From positions 391,462 through 455,461 of the forward strand of contig CAVONI010000001.1 of assembly GCA_963697285.1 (NCBI GenBank): DNA of 64,000 nt. Direction: 5' to 3'. The translations under genes and the position numbers were made by a program. The stretch is from an uncultured Acidobacteriota bacterium (GTDB lineage: Bacteria; Acidobacteriota; Vicinamibacteria; Vicinamibacterales; JAFNAJ01). Below are positions 9,301 through 22,400 of the stretch, in pieces. The stretch's first letter is position 1; every line of letters begins with the position of its first letter. The notes under the pieces were generated by a model, which saw only the letters and a list, made by a program, of their open reading frames with translations, searched no databases and was not told the DNA's origin.

Positions 9301-12300
9301 GACCGCCAATACGGTGATCGCGCTCGTCGGCCTGAGCCGCGTGTCGGGTGTCGTCGTGGACGGCAACGGCAACGCGCTGCCGCGGCCCGTCAACGTGCAA
9401 CTGACCGGCTCGCCGGCGACCGGCTGTGACGGTGACTGTTTCGGCGCCACCGACGCCTCGGGCAACTTCTCGTTCGTCAACCTCGCCGCGCGGACGTTCA
9501 CGATCACCGCGACCGATCCCGTGACCGGGTTGCGCGGATCGATCGGCGACCAGATCACCCCCGGTGCCAACCGCACCGGCTTGCGCATCGTGCTCGAGCC
9601 GGCAGGCAGCGTGGGTGGGACGGTCACGTTCCCCGACGGTTCGCCTGCCCCGAACATCGTCGCCGAGCTCGTGCGCGGGGCGACGCGCTTGTTTGCCGAG
9701 ACCGGCGCCGACGGGCGCTTCTCGTTCCCGACCGTGTCGCTGGCCCAGCCACGAACGTGGTCCGTGACGCTCAGCGATCCCATCGGGCCGGGCCTGGCCA
9801 GGCGCACCTTCTCGATCGACGGTCCCGTCGAACTCGGCTCGATCGTGCTCGACACGGCCCCGCCCGCGATCACGCAGATCGTTCCCGCCAACGGCGCGAC
9901 CGGCGTGCCGCTGAACAGCGAGATCGTGATGACCTTCAGTGAGGCCCTCGATCTCGCCACGGTCAACACGGCCAACATCCTCGTCCGCGATGCCGACGGG
10001 CCGGTTGCCGGCACCGTCACGGTGACGGACGGCGACAAGCGCGTCACGTTCCGGCCGCTGTCGGCCATGCGTGATCAGACCCGCTACACGGTCAGCGTCG
10101 AGGGCGTCGAGGATCGCCTCGACAAGGTGATGACGCCGTTCACGTCGGCGTTCACGACCATCGACATCACGGCGCCGACCACCGTTGACATCTCGCCGCT
10201 CCCGAATGCCAGCGGCGTGACGATCTACGCGGCCATGCGCGTCAAGTACAACGAACCGATCGATCCGGCCCGCTACGCCGGCGCGCCGATTGCGCTGACG
10301 CTCAACAACGTCGCCATCGACGGTCGCATCGACTACGCGCTCGGCAACACGGTCGTCGTGTTCTCGCCGAACCGCCCGCTCAGCGAGGACCTCGCCTACC
10401 AGCTCGTGATCCAGGCCGCGACCGACCCGGCCGGCAACCGGCAGGCACAGGGCACGTCGTTCACGTTCACGACGACCGACCGCACACCGCCGACCATCCT
10501 CAGCCTCGTTCCCGACGGCGGCAGCAGCGTCATCGAGAACGCGGTGAAGCGCGTGGTGGCGAGCACCGGGAGTGCCGACGTCTCGTTCGTCGACTTCTTC
10601 ATCAACGGCGTGCCCGCGGCTGTCGCGCGCACGGCGCCGTTCGCGCTGTCGTTCCAGGCCATCCCATCGTTCGGGCGCCCCGGCGACCAGGTCCGGATCG
10701 GCGCCATTGCGACCGACACGTCGGGCAACCGCGGCATCGTGCCCGTCGAGACGACGATCACCGTGACGCCCGACCAGGTGCCTGGCGTGGCGATCACCGC
10801 GCCGGCCACGAACATCAGTGCGCGCAACGGCGATCGCGTGACGGTGACCGTGCGGGCGACAGATGACCTCGGTGTCGCGCAGATCGGCTATCGCGCCAAC
10901 ACCGGCGACACGCGCACCGCGGGTTCGATCGCGGTGGCGCCTGGCCTGCTCGATCGCAGCGAGACGTTCGCCTTCGACGTGCCGGCGTCGGTCATCCCGG
11001 GAACGACATTCACCATCGACGCGACCGCCCAGGATTCCAAGGGTCAGCTCACGCAGGCCACGCCAATCACTGTCACCGTGCTCGACGCCGTCAAGCCGAC
11101 CGTCCAGATCACCGGGGTGACCACGGGCGATCGCGTGCGTCCGGGGCGGACCGTGACCGCTGTGGTCGTGGCCTCGGATCCGGGCAAGGTGGCTTCGATC
11201 GGCTTCACCGCCACCGGCGCCGCCGTGGCGAGCGAGACGCGCACGATCACGCCCGCGCAGGCGTCAGTCGCCTCGTCGTTCACGTTCACGGTCGATCCAG
11301 GTGCAGCGCCGACGGATCGCGTGTTCCTCGACGCGTTCGCCATCGACGTCGCCGGCAACCGCGCCGAGGCAGGCCGCATCATCCTGCCGATCGCCGACGC
11401 CGTGCCGCCGACCGTGACGCTTCGCACGCTGGACGGACGGCTCGACATGGTGCCCGGACGCTCGTTCAGCATCGTGACCGATGCCCAGGACGAGATCGGT
11501 GTCACCCGGATCTCGTTGTCGGGCACCGGCGCCTTCGCGTTCAGTGACGCGAAGTCGATTTCGCCTGCGCTCGGGTCAGTGTCGGCCACCTTCGTCGTCA
11601 ACGTGCCCGCGACGGTCGTCAACGGTCAGTCGTTGACGTTGACCGCCCGTTCGGTCGACTTGTCGGGCAACGTGAGCACTGCGGCGACGCTGACGCTGAC
11701 GGCCCGTTCACTGTCGGACGTCACGCTGCCTCCGTCTGCGCTCCTGCTGGCGGGCGACACCTCGACCATCACCATCGAGATCCCGACGGCTGCGGCCGTC
11801 GGCGGCCTGCGCATCGACCTCTCGAGCCAGGACGCGAACATCGCGACGGTGCCTGCCTCGGTGGTCATCCCTGCGGGTGCGACATCGGAGACGTTCGCCC
11901 TGGTGGGCATTAGCGGCGGCACGACCACCGTCAACGCGGCCATCGACAGCGTGCAGCGCACCTCGATGACGGTCACGGTGCGCGGCGGCGTGGTGCGCGG
12001 CCGCGTGCTCGACACCAGCTTCCAGCCCGTTGAAGGTGCGCGTGTCACGGTCTCGGGCAACAACGTCGTGACGACGACCTCGAGCGCCGACGGTGGGTTC
12101 TTCGTCGAGGGCGTCTCGGGTGCTGGTTTCACAGGCCGCGACATCGTGGCCCGCGTGTTCGACGACGCCACCGATCGGCTCGGCGTGGGCAGCGGCACGT
12201 TCAACGTGGCGAACGGATTCGTGAACCTGGCCGACATCATCCTGTTGCCGGCGGGCACGTTCGTCGTGACGACCCGTGACCAGGCAGCCGCTGCGACGGG

Positions 12301-15300
12301 CGCGGGCGTGCGCGTGGATCTTCACCGCGCAAGCAACGGACAGGTCGGCGACCTGCTGGCAACGGCCTTCACCGACGTCCAGAGCGTGGCGCGGTTCGAC
12401 CTCGTGGCCCCCGGGGCGTACTTCCTCTTGTCGAGCGACACGAACGGCAATCGAGGGCGAGCGTCGGGATCGATCGCCACGACGGGTGCCGAAGTGCCCG
12501 TGACGGTCACCTACCTTGGGCGTGGAACCGTGCAAGGCACCGTGCGTGACTCGTCAAACGCTGTTGTCGCGAACGCCGGCGTGCGCCTGAATGCGTCGAG
12601 CATCTTCGGGAACGCGCCGGAGCGCACGATGACGGCGGGCACCGATGGCACCTTCAGCTTCACGGGGGTCTTCGTCGGGGCGTTCTCTGTCAGCGCGACC
12701 GATCCGATCTCGCAAACGACCGGCGGCACCAGCGGGTCAGTGGCGCAGCACAACGAGACGGTGACGGCCGACATCAGCCTGACACCGTTCACCAACCTGC
12801 AGGGCACGGTGTTCCGCGCAGACGGCGTGACGCCGGCAGGCGCCGGCGTTGTCGTGACCGCGCAGTTCTGCTCGGTACTACGGCTGCTTCTTCACCACGT
12901 CGACGAACGAGCAAGGGGTCTACAGGTTCAACTTCCTGCCGCTGGCCGGCTACACGATCACGGCGAGTGATGCCGCCACGCGGTCGCTGGCACGGACGAC
13001 GGCTCAACTGTTCGTGAACGGCGCAACGCCCACGGTGAACCTCACGTTCGCGGCCCAGGGCTCGCTCAACGTGCTGGTGACCGACAGCAACGACACCGCA
13101 GTCGCCGGTGCCAGCGTCTCGATCAGCGCCAGCAACGGCAACGTGTCAGACAACCTGTCGGCCACGACGGGCGCCAACGGGCGCGTCGTCGTCGAACACG
13201 TGCTGGCCGGCAGCATCGCGGTGAGCGCCACGCAGGGCGGACTGTCGGGGTCTGCGTCAACGACCCTCGCGGCCGACCAGGTGAGCGACGTCACCGTGAA
13301 GTTGCAGCCGACCGCGACGATCACGGGGACCATCTTCCTGCCCAACGGCCAGTCGCCGGCCACGTCGGGCAGCCTGCGCGTCAGGCAGGACAACGTCTAT
13401 CCGTACGCCGAGTTCGTGTTCAACCTTGCCACCGCCACCGACGGCGTGTATCGGTTCGAGCGGCTCCCGCTCGGCACCTACACGCTGAGGGTGTACGACG
13501 CGAAGGGGCAGTTCAGGGCTATCGCACGGGACATCGGCCTCGAGACCAACAACGAGGTCGAGACACGCGACCTCTCGTTCGTCGGCCTCGGCACCGTTGC
13601 CGGGAGGGTCGTCAACCCAGATGGCTCGAGCGCCTCGGGGATCGGTGTCGTCGTGCAGAGCCTGGTGTCGGACTTCGGCTTGACGCGGTACGCGTCGGCC
13701 GACGGGGCCGGCAACTACGAAGCCCTGAACGTGCCCGTCGGGACGGTGGTCGCGACGGCCCAGACAGGCGCCCTGATCGGAGAGCGGCGGTCGCGGCTGG
13801 CGCAGGACGGCGAGACGCTCGTGCTCGACATCCTGCTCGAGAACAACGCCATCAGCCTGCCGACGACGCTCTACGATGCGAATGCGGGCCCGTACGACGT
13901 GCAGCAGAACGGGGCGATGCACGACGGTCATACGAGCGTGTTCCGGGGAGACTACGCCAGCAACGTGGGTGCGTCGCAGTTGACGATCACTCGCAACGGC
14001 ACGCCCGAGGCCTTCGCGGGCGCGAGCTTCGGGACCTTCGAGCAGCAGCGCCGCGAAGTCGTCATCCGGCAGGAGAACGTGAACGGCGTCGCGGTGACGC
14101 GCAAGGTGTTCGTGCCGGCGACGGGCTACTTCGCTCGTTACCTCGATGTGCTGACGAACACGTCGAGCGAGCCGGTCACGGTCGATGTCAAGCTGACGAC
14201 GAACTACCGCGCTCCGTATTGCTGCTCGGTCAACCTCGTGACGACGTCGAGCGGCGACCGGTTGGCGACGGTTGCGGATCGGTGGGTCGTGCTCGACGAC
14301 TCCTACGACCAGGATCCGTACGAGTCGTACCAGGGACCTTCGACCGCCGTGGTCTTCGGCGATGCAAACGGCCTCGATGCCCCCGATGAGGTCGGCGTCG
14401 TGCTCAACAACCCGGGTCGCCTCATGACGACCTGGCAGCAAGTCACGATCCCAGCGGGCGCGACGGTGGCGTACCTGTCGTTCGTGTCGCAGCAGGCCAA
14501 CCAGAACGCCGCACGGCGCACGGCCGAACGGCTGGTGCAGTTGCCGCCAGAGGCCCTCGACGGGCTGAGCAGCACCGAACTGGCGGCCATCGTGAACTTC
14601 GTGACGCCGGCCGACGGCGTGGGCACGGTGACGCCGCTGCCCGTGCTGACCGGCGTCGTGACTGGCACGGTCTTCGAGGGCGACGGCGTCACGCTCGCGA
14701 GCAACGCGACGGTCACCTACCAGAGTGACAGTCCCTTCTTCAACCGGCGGATCAACGTGGCGGCCAACGAACTCGGGGCATTCGAGGTCCGCGGGCTCGC
14801 CAGCGGGCAGCTTCCCGTCCCGGTCGATGGCTTCAAGTTGCAGGCGCGCCACGCGAACAACTCGGTCACGAGTCCGATGGTGCCTGGCACGTTCGCAGCC
14901 GGCGAGACGGCGGCCACGCGCGACGTGACGTTCACCGGATTCGGGGTCATCGACGTCACCGCGACGCGGCGTGACGGCACGCCTATCGCGGGGATGTACG
15001 TCTACGTCAACAGCGGCCCGCAGGGCGGCGGCAACTACACCAACGCCGAGGGCCGCGTCGTGTTCGGAGGCATGCGTCCGGGGACCTACCAGCTCTACGG
15101 CGAAACCTCGCATCAGTACGGCACAGGCGCCCGGCTCGAGACGACGCCGCTCACCCTCGTGGCCGGCCAGCACCAGGTGGTCGCGTACCAGTTGGAGCCG
15201 ACGGGCACGCTCACCATCACCGTCCTCGATGGCGATGGCAACCCCGCTCCCAACACGTACGTCAACGTCTACAGCACCGCGCGGAATTTCAGCCGGGGCT

Positions 15301-18300
15301 CCAACACCGATGCCCTCGGTGTCGTCTCGCACGACCAGATGCCCGTCGGCAGCTACGTGGTCTACGGAAGCGAGCCGCTGTCGGGTTACCAGTCGCAGGT
15401 GACAGCCGATGTGGCCGCCGATACCGCCAACGCCGTGACGTTGAGGTTCGTTGCCCTCGGCTCGGTCACCGTGCAGGTGCTGCGGTCGAGTGGCGCAGCT
15501 GCAGCGGGTGTGTATGTCTACATGCAGTCGTCAGGGTTCTACGCCGACAGTCGAACCAACGCCAACGGGCTTGTCACGTTCTCGAACGTGCCGGTGGGCG
15601 TGCCCCTCACCCTGAACGCCTATCTCGAGTCCAACTCCAACCTGCGTGTTGCGACCCCCTATACCCAGGTGAGCCGCGACGCGGCGACGACGTCGGTGAC
15701 GCTGCCGCCCTATGGCGCGATCACCGGCCTGAACACGACGGCAACGGGAGGCCTGGTGGCGAACCGGTGCCAGGTGTACGTGTCGGGCACCAACTACAGC
15801 AGCAACGCCTGCACGAATGCGCTGGGCGTCTACCGCCTCGACGGCGTTCCGGCGGGCGTGCCGCTGACGATGACGGTCTACGACAACAACTACAACTACC
15901 AGAAGCGGTACCAGGTGCAACTGGGCGCCGACGGCGAGGAACTGACCAAGGACGTGGCACAGCCGGCGATAGGGACGGCCCTCCTGACGGTCAGGCAGGG
16001 CGACGGAACGCCGTTGGCGAACGTACGCATCGAGTACAACCACGAGACCCAGGGCTACTTCTCGTATCGTGGGAACACCAACGCGTCGGGGCAGTTCACC
16101 ATCACGAACGTGGTCGAGGGCGCGTTCACGATCCGGATCCGGAACAGCAGCAACACGTTCACGCTGGCGCAGCGTGATCTCGCCATGCTGGCGTCAGGGC
16201 ACGGCGTCACGGTGCCCTACGACATCACCGTGAACACGTTCACCGGCACCGTCTCGGGCACGGTCACGCTGAAGGACGGCGTCACGCCGACGACCGGCGT
16301 CACCGTCGAACTGCGCGTCGCGTCCGACAACGGCCTGCTGACCTCGACCTCCGCGGCAGCCAATGGCGCGTTCTCGTTCGCCAACGTGACGATGCCCGAC
16401 GGTGGCTTCTCGTTGCAGGCCTCCTGGCAACGCGATTCGCAGGTGCGCGCCACGCCACAACTCGTCCAGTTGACCGCCGGTGGTCAGACACAGACGACGA
16501 CCGTGGTCATGCCGCTCGTGATGGGCACGGTCGAGGGCCAGGTGACCTCCGGGCCGGATCGCACGCCAGTGTCGGGTGTGCAGATGTACCTGTATTCATC
16601 GCCCAACTACGGCTACATCAACGGCGTCGTCACCGACGCCGACGGTCGCTATGCCTTCAGCCAGGTGATGAGCGAGGGCTTCAACCTCAGGCTGAACCTC
16701 CAGGGCGTCAGGGGCGGGCAGCTTCGCGCCGACGGGCGGTCGCTCGACCCGGTGACGCATCGCGCAACGGTTGACTTCGTGGTCGAGGAGCTCGTGGGTC
16801 GCGTCAGCGGCACCCTGACAGCCATGGACGGCACGACGCCGATCAGCTACGCATCGGTCGAGTTGATGGCGCCGTGCGGTGCAGGCGACGAGTGCGACAT
16901 TGGCGAGTACGTCTATCGCACGTCGTTCAGCGTGAACAGCGCTGGCGCCTACAACCTTGCTGCCGTCGCCATTTCGGATGGCTCCGTGTTCAGGGTGCAC
17001 TCGCCGAGCCGGTACGAAATCCGGCACGACGTGCCCGTCGCCTTCGCCCAGGCGGGCGAGCAACTGGTGTTCAACATGGCGGTGCCGTTCAGCGTGGTCT
17101 CGGGAACGGTGACGTTCAGCAATGGAAGCCCCGTCCAGAATCCGAATGTGTTCGGGACGTCGTCGAACGGCACGACGCAGTCCACGATCAACGACTCGCA
17201 GGGGCGATACCGCATCTACTCGATGCCGGCGGGCGACTTCACGCTGACCGCCAACGACAACAACTCGGGGCTGTCGAGCACAGTGGAGGCGTCGCTGGCG
17301 TCCGCAGACGAGGTCAAGGTCATCGACCTCGTGATGCCGCCCTCGAACGACATCGTCGTGACCGCGCTGGGTCCGGACGGCACGCAGTTGTTCAACAGGT
17401 ACTTCTGCGTGGCCGTGCAGAGCGCCAGGCTCTCGTACTACCGGGACGAGTGCGATGACAGCGCCACGGGGAGCATCACCATGGCCAACGTCCCACTCGG
17501 CGTGATCCATGCCCAGGCGTACTACTACGACAACGTCCTGAGGCAGGATCAGTACGCGTCGGTGGTGGCCGACGTGGCCGCAAGCCCGACCCCGTTCCCG
17601 GTGCAGGTCAGCTACGCGACTGCCACGCGCAGCAACCTCCAGGTGACGGTGCTCAACGCCGACGGCACGGCCACGAGCGACAACGGCTGGGTCTACGTCT
17701 ACCCGTTCGGGGCTCCGGGTCCCCTGGGCTACGACGACATCTACAAGGACATGGATGTCGAGGGCAAGGCCGCGTTCACCAGCCTGCCGCCCGGGCCGGC
17801 TCGCGTCGAAGTCGAGTACCTACAACCAGTCGCTCGGCGACTACGAAGTCGCGGTCGAACCGCTCGTGCTGATGCCGGGCGAGACGACGCAGCTGACACT
17901 GCGCCTCGGGACCGGCGCCTACACCGAGTACGACCTGACCGGCGACGACGGGTTCACCTATACGATCGACTCGGAAGGCGAGCTCGACACGTCCAACGAG
18001 GGTGCCTACTCGTCGGTCTTCTCCTCGAACATGGAGGTGGAGATCAACGACGACTACGCCTGTTGCCAGTACATGGTGAAGCTGGCACAGTCGGGTCGCG
18101 AGGTGCAGTTCGGGCCCTCGTTCAACGACGCCTCGGTCATCACGTACCGCAAGATCTACTCGCCGACGGAAGGCGGCTTCGTGCGGTACTTCGACACGTT
18201 CACCAACATCCTGCCGTACGAGCGCGTCATCGAGGTGCTCTACTACCAGCGGTTCTACGACACGGCTGATCTCGCGTTCGTCGACAACGTCAAGGGGGCG

Positions 18301-18618
18301 TTCACGGCGGTAATGGTGGACTATCCGACAGGGGCTGTTGGGGGCATCGTGACGCACGGCGCCGGGAACGTGACCGCCGCCGAGGGGCACGATCCGTCGG
18401 TTCCCGTCAGCAATTACCGGACCACCTACCGCTTCCGTCTGCGGGTGCCGGCGTATGGCACCGTCGCCCTGCTGCACTTCGCGTCGCAGCGTGGACCGAC
18501 CGACCTCGCGGCCCTGCAGACGCAACTGCTGGTATTGCAGGACCTGACAGATCCCAGGGCGCTCTTCGGGCTCACGGCAGCCGAGAAGGCGCAGATCAAG
18601 AACTTCATCATCCCCTGA
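3347..18618 (+). CDS. Giant secreted protein A1 (~5,089 aa reconstructed): carboxypeptidase-regulatory-like beta-sandwich repeats, Big_5/Ig-like domains and a twice-repeated unknown domain; two apparent +1 frameshifts
   Basis: Joins ORFs 3293-12970, 13014-18269 and 17755-18618. Removing one G at ~12875 gives QFCSYYGCFFTTSTNEQGVYRF; removing one C at ~17820 gives VEYYNQSLGDY. Signal peptide starts at ATG 3347 (...ATAASA|QTP). Many G.V.G.V.D..G.P...A.V...TD..G.Y/F.F repeats; Big_5-like DTAPPAITQIVPANGATGVPLNSEIVMTFSE. Colinear with A2. Confidence 0.85.
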
Positions 18619-18643
18619 TCGTGGGGACCGGAGACGACCAACC

Positions 18644-19147
18644 ATGGTGCAGACATTCCTGAAGCGCGCGGCGGCAGTGGCCGCCGCGAGCGTCGTCGCG
18701 GTGGCGGCCCTGCAGGCCATCGAACAGCGGCCGCTGCCGGCCTTCGAGGTCGTCAACGCGGCCGGCGAGGCGACACCGTCTGCCATGATGGGGCCGGGTG
18801 GCAAGTGGGTCCTGATCTACGTCGCTCCCGAATGCCGGAGCTGCCAGCGGTTGTTCATCGCCATGGAAGACTGGAATTCCGCGCCGCTGAATGCCGCAAC
18901 GGTCGTGATGGTCCAGGGCGACCATGCGACGGCGCGGGCCTACGCGGCTGACCGGCTCCCGGCGGCGGTCGTTGGCACCCGCTGGTTTGCCGATGCGACC
19001 GGCGCGGGGCGCAAGGCGCTCCAGCTGAGCGGGTCGCCGGTGATCATCGGGATGCAGGACCAGCAGATCAAGTGGGCGCTCGCCGGGGTGCTCAACGATC
19101 CGGCGGCCCTCGAGTCGGCGCTGAGGACGTGGGTCGAACAACCCTGA
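18644..19147 (+). CDS. Exported TlpA/redoxin-like thioredoxin-fold protein with CxxC (CRSC)
   Basis: N-terminal hydrophobic/signal segment, PLPAFEV, WVLIYVAPECRSC and cis-Pro-loop-like GSPVII. GGAG RBS upstream. Confidence 0.8.
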   Translation: MVQTFLKRAAAVAAASVVAVAALQAIEQRPLPAFEVVNAAGEATPSAMMGPGGKWVLIYVAPECRSCQRLFIAMEDWNSAPLNAATVVMVQGDHATARAYAADRLPAAVVGTRWFADATGAGRKALQLSGSPVIIGMQDQQIKWALAGVLNDPAALESALRTWVEQP

Positions 19148-19468
19148 CCGCCAACGCCGTGCAGCCGTGCGAGGGCCCCGCTGACGGCCCGCGTGTGCGA
19201 TGTCGCACACCGCTCTCTACGGCTGCGCTGCATCATTTTTTGCGTGCGAACGTCGTGAACTTGGGCGACCATACCGCCCCAATCGTGTAATCGAGGCGTC
19301 TGCGCCCGCCCTGCCGCGAACGTGGCAGGAGTGTACGCGGATCGTGGCCGGGAACCACGCGGGACGTCCCCGCCTCTTCCCTCGTGCTCGATGCATCCCC
19401 AGCGCCCGTTCACGCGTCTTGCCGCAGGTCAGGCATCGTCGTTCCCCTCACGGTCGTTCGTGCGCGTG

Positions 19469-22400
19469 ATGGCGCGACTGCTGATCGTCGCGTTCACCAC
19501 GCTAGGCGGCACCGCCTCGGCTCGCGCTGGCGAGGTCGTCTCGGTCGAGACGACCGGCGTCACGAGCGGCGCGATCTTCTCGGTGACGGCCACCGGCCTG
19601 GACGCGACCGCATCGCAGAACGCGATCACGTTCACGCCGTCTGCCGGAGCACCGGTGGTCGTGCCGGCATCGAGCAGCGCGCTCGTCGATGCGACCAGGG
19701 GCATCCGTCGCCTGTCGGTGCGCATGCCCGGCGGTATCGCCGTCGGACCCGCGGCCGTCGTCATCCGAAACACGGTGAGCGGCGAGACGATCGACGCGGG
19801 CGTGATTCAGATCCTCGAGCTGTCGGCGCCGGATCCTGCGCGCGGCACCGTCGGACGCACGGGCCTCGCGGTCCGCCTGCGCGCCAGCGATGCGACCCGC
19901 TTCGTCGCAGGCCAGACGCGCGTGACGTTCGGAGCGCAGGTGCGTGTCGGCTCGGTCACCGTCGTCTCGTCGACCGAGTTGGTCGCCACGATCGACATCG
20001 CGGCCGCGGCGACTGCGGGACCGCGCGCGATCTCGGTCACAGTGCCGCGCCAGAGCCTCGTGCTCGCCAACGGGTTCACGATCGACGCCACCGAGCCGCC
20101 GCCGAATCGACCCCCGACGGCGCGTTTCACGTTTGCGCCGGCGTCGCCGACGGTGAGCCAGTCGGTGGCGTTCGACGCGACGAGCTCGTCGGACCCGGAT
20201 GCGGGCGACACGCTGACGTATGCGTGGACGTTCGGGGACGGGGCGACGGCGACGGGGGCGACGGCAGCGCACGCGTATGCGGCGGCGGGCCCGTTCACGG
20301 TGACGCTGACGGTGACCGACGGGCACGGCGGCAGCGACAGCGCGACGCAGACGGTGACGGTGACGTCCGCGCCGCCCCCGAACCAGGCGCCGACGGCGCG
20401 TTTCACGTTTGCGCCGGCGTCGCCGACGGTGAGCCAGTCGGTGGCGTTCGACGCGACGAGCTCGTCGGATCCGGATGCGGGCGACACGCTGACGTATGCG
20501 TGGACGTTCGGGGACGGGGCGACGGCGACGGGGGCGACGGCGGCGCACGCGTATGCGGCGGCGGGCCCGTTCACGGTGACGCTGACGGTGACCGACGGGC
20601 ACGGCGGCAGCGACAGCGCGACGCAGACGGTGACGGTGACGTCCGCGCCGCCCCCGAACCAGGCGCCGACGGCGCGTTTCACGTTTGCGCCGGCGTCGCC
20701 GACGGTGAGCCAGTCGGTGGCGTTCGACGCGACGAGCTCGTCGGACCCGGATGCGGGCGACACGCTGACGTATGCGTGGACGTTCGGGGACGGGGCGACG
20801 GCGACGGGGGCGACGGCGGCGCACGCGTATGCGGCGGCGGGCCCGTTCACGGTGACGCTGACGGTGACCGACGGGCACGGCGGCAGCGACAGCGCGACGC
20901 AGACGGTGACGGTGACGTCCGCGCCGCCCCCGAACCAGGCGCCGACGGCGCGTTTCACGTTTGCGCCGGCGTCGCCGACGGTGAGCCAGTCGGTGGCGTT
21001 CGACGCGACGAGCTCGTCGGATCCGGATGCGGGCGACACGCTGACGTATGCGTGGACGTTCGGGGACGGGGCGACGGCGACGGGGGCGACGGCGGCGCAC
21101 GCGTATGCGGCGGCGGGCCCGTTCACGGTGACGCTGACGGTGACCGACGGGCACGGCGGCAGCGACAGCGCGACGCAGACGGTGACGGTGACGTCCGCGC
21201 CGCCCGAACCAGGCGCGGGCGCGGCGGCAGCGACAGCGCGACGCAGACGGTGACGGTGACGTCCGCGCCGCCGCCGAACCAGGCGCCGACGGCGCGTTTC
21301 ACGTTTGCGCCGGCGTCGCCGACGGTGAGCCAGTCGGTGGCGTTCGACGCGACGAGCTCGTCGGACCCGGATGCGGGCGACACGCTGACGTATGCGTGGA
21401 CGTTCGGGGACGGGGCGACGGCGACGGGGGCGACGGCGGCGCACGCGTATGCGGCGGCGGGCCCGTTCACGGTGACGCTGACGGTGACCGACGGGCACGG
21501 CGGCAGCGACAGCGCGACGCAGACGGTGACGGTGACCGGCAGCGGAGCGACCACCAACCGCGCGCCCGTTGCCGTCTTCACTGCGAGCGCGACGCAGGCA
21601 CTCACCGGGGTGGCCATCACGCTCGACGCCAGCGGGTCGTCGGATCCTGACGGTGACCCGCTCACCTTTGCCTGGTCATTCGGCGACACGACCAGCGGCG
21701 CAGGGGTGTCGACGACGAAGGCGTATGCCTCTGCGGGGTCGTTCACGATCACGCTGGTGGTCAGCGACGGCCGCGGCGGGGCGACCAGTGCAACGCGCGA
21801 GGTCACGATTGCGCCTCAGCCGTCGCCGAACCTCGCACCCATCCCCAGTTTCACTGCGTCGACGCTCGAGGCCGAGGCTGCCCAGGCGGTTGCGTTCGAT
21901 GCATCCGGATCGACCGACCCGGATGGCGACCTGCCGCTTTCTTTCTCATGGGCCTTCGGAGACGGAACCACGGCGACGGGCAGCCAGGCGGCAAAGGCGT
22001 GGCCGGCAGCCGGCACCTACGATGTGGTCCTCACGGTCACCGACGCCAAGGGACTGGCGGCGACCACGGCGCGCCAGGTCAATGTCGTCCCGCGGCCCGC
22101 AGGCAACCAGCCGCCGACGGCCGTCATCAGCGGGCCGGTCTCGGGTGAGGTCGGCCTGCCGCTCGCATTCGACGGATCGGCCTCCACCGATCCCGAGGGC
22201 GGCGCCCTCACGTTCGAATGGTCAGCCGGGACGGGCGTTGCCGCGACCGGCGCGGCGTCATCGTTCGTGTTCGACGCGCCCGGTGCCAGGGTCGTCACGC
22301 TCACCGTCCGCGATGCCGCAGGCGCAAGCAGCAGCGCCTCTACCGATGTGACCATCACGGTTGCCGCCGATCGCCAGCCGCCTTTCGTGTCGCTGGCGGG

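Noticed and set aside
19150-19390. Possible promoter/terminator between the two cassettes (CATCATTTTTTGCG, CGTGTAATCG)
   Set aside because: Locally AT-richer and plausibly regulatory, but I could not define a convincing -35/-10 pair or a hairpin plus U-tract.
19384-21220. First ~610 aa of the 4621-aa ORF (Arg/Gly/Asp-rich repeats)
   Set aside because: Off-frame reading of the real B2 N-terminus and PKD array; the 19322-21253 frame has the signal peptide and PKD motifs.
20100-21537. Tandem array as possible CRISPR
   Set aside because: Units are 276 bp, contiguous, in-frame coding and have no unique spacers; no cas genes are present.
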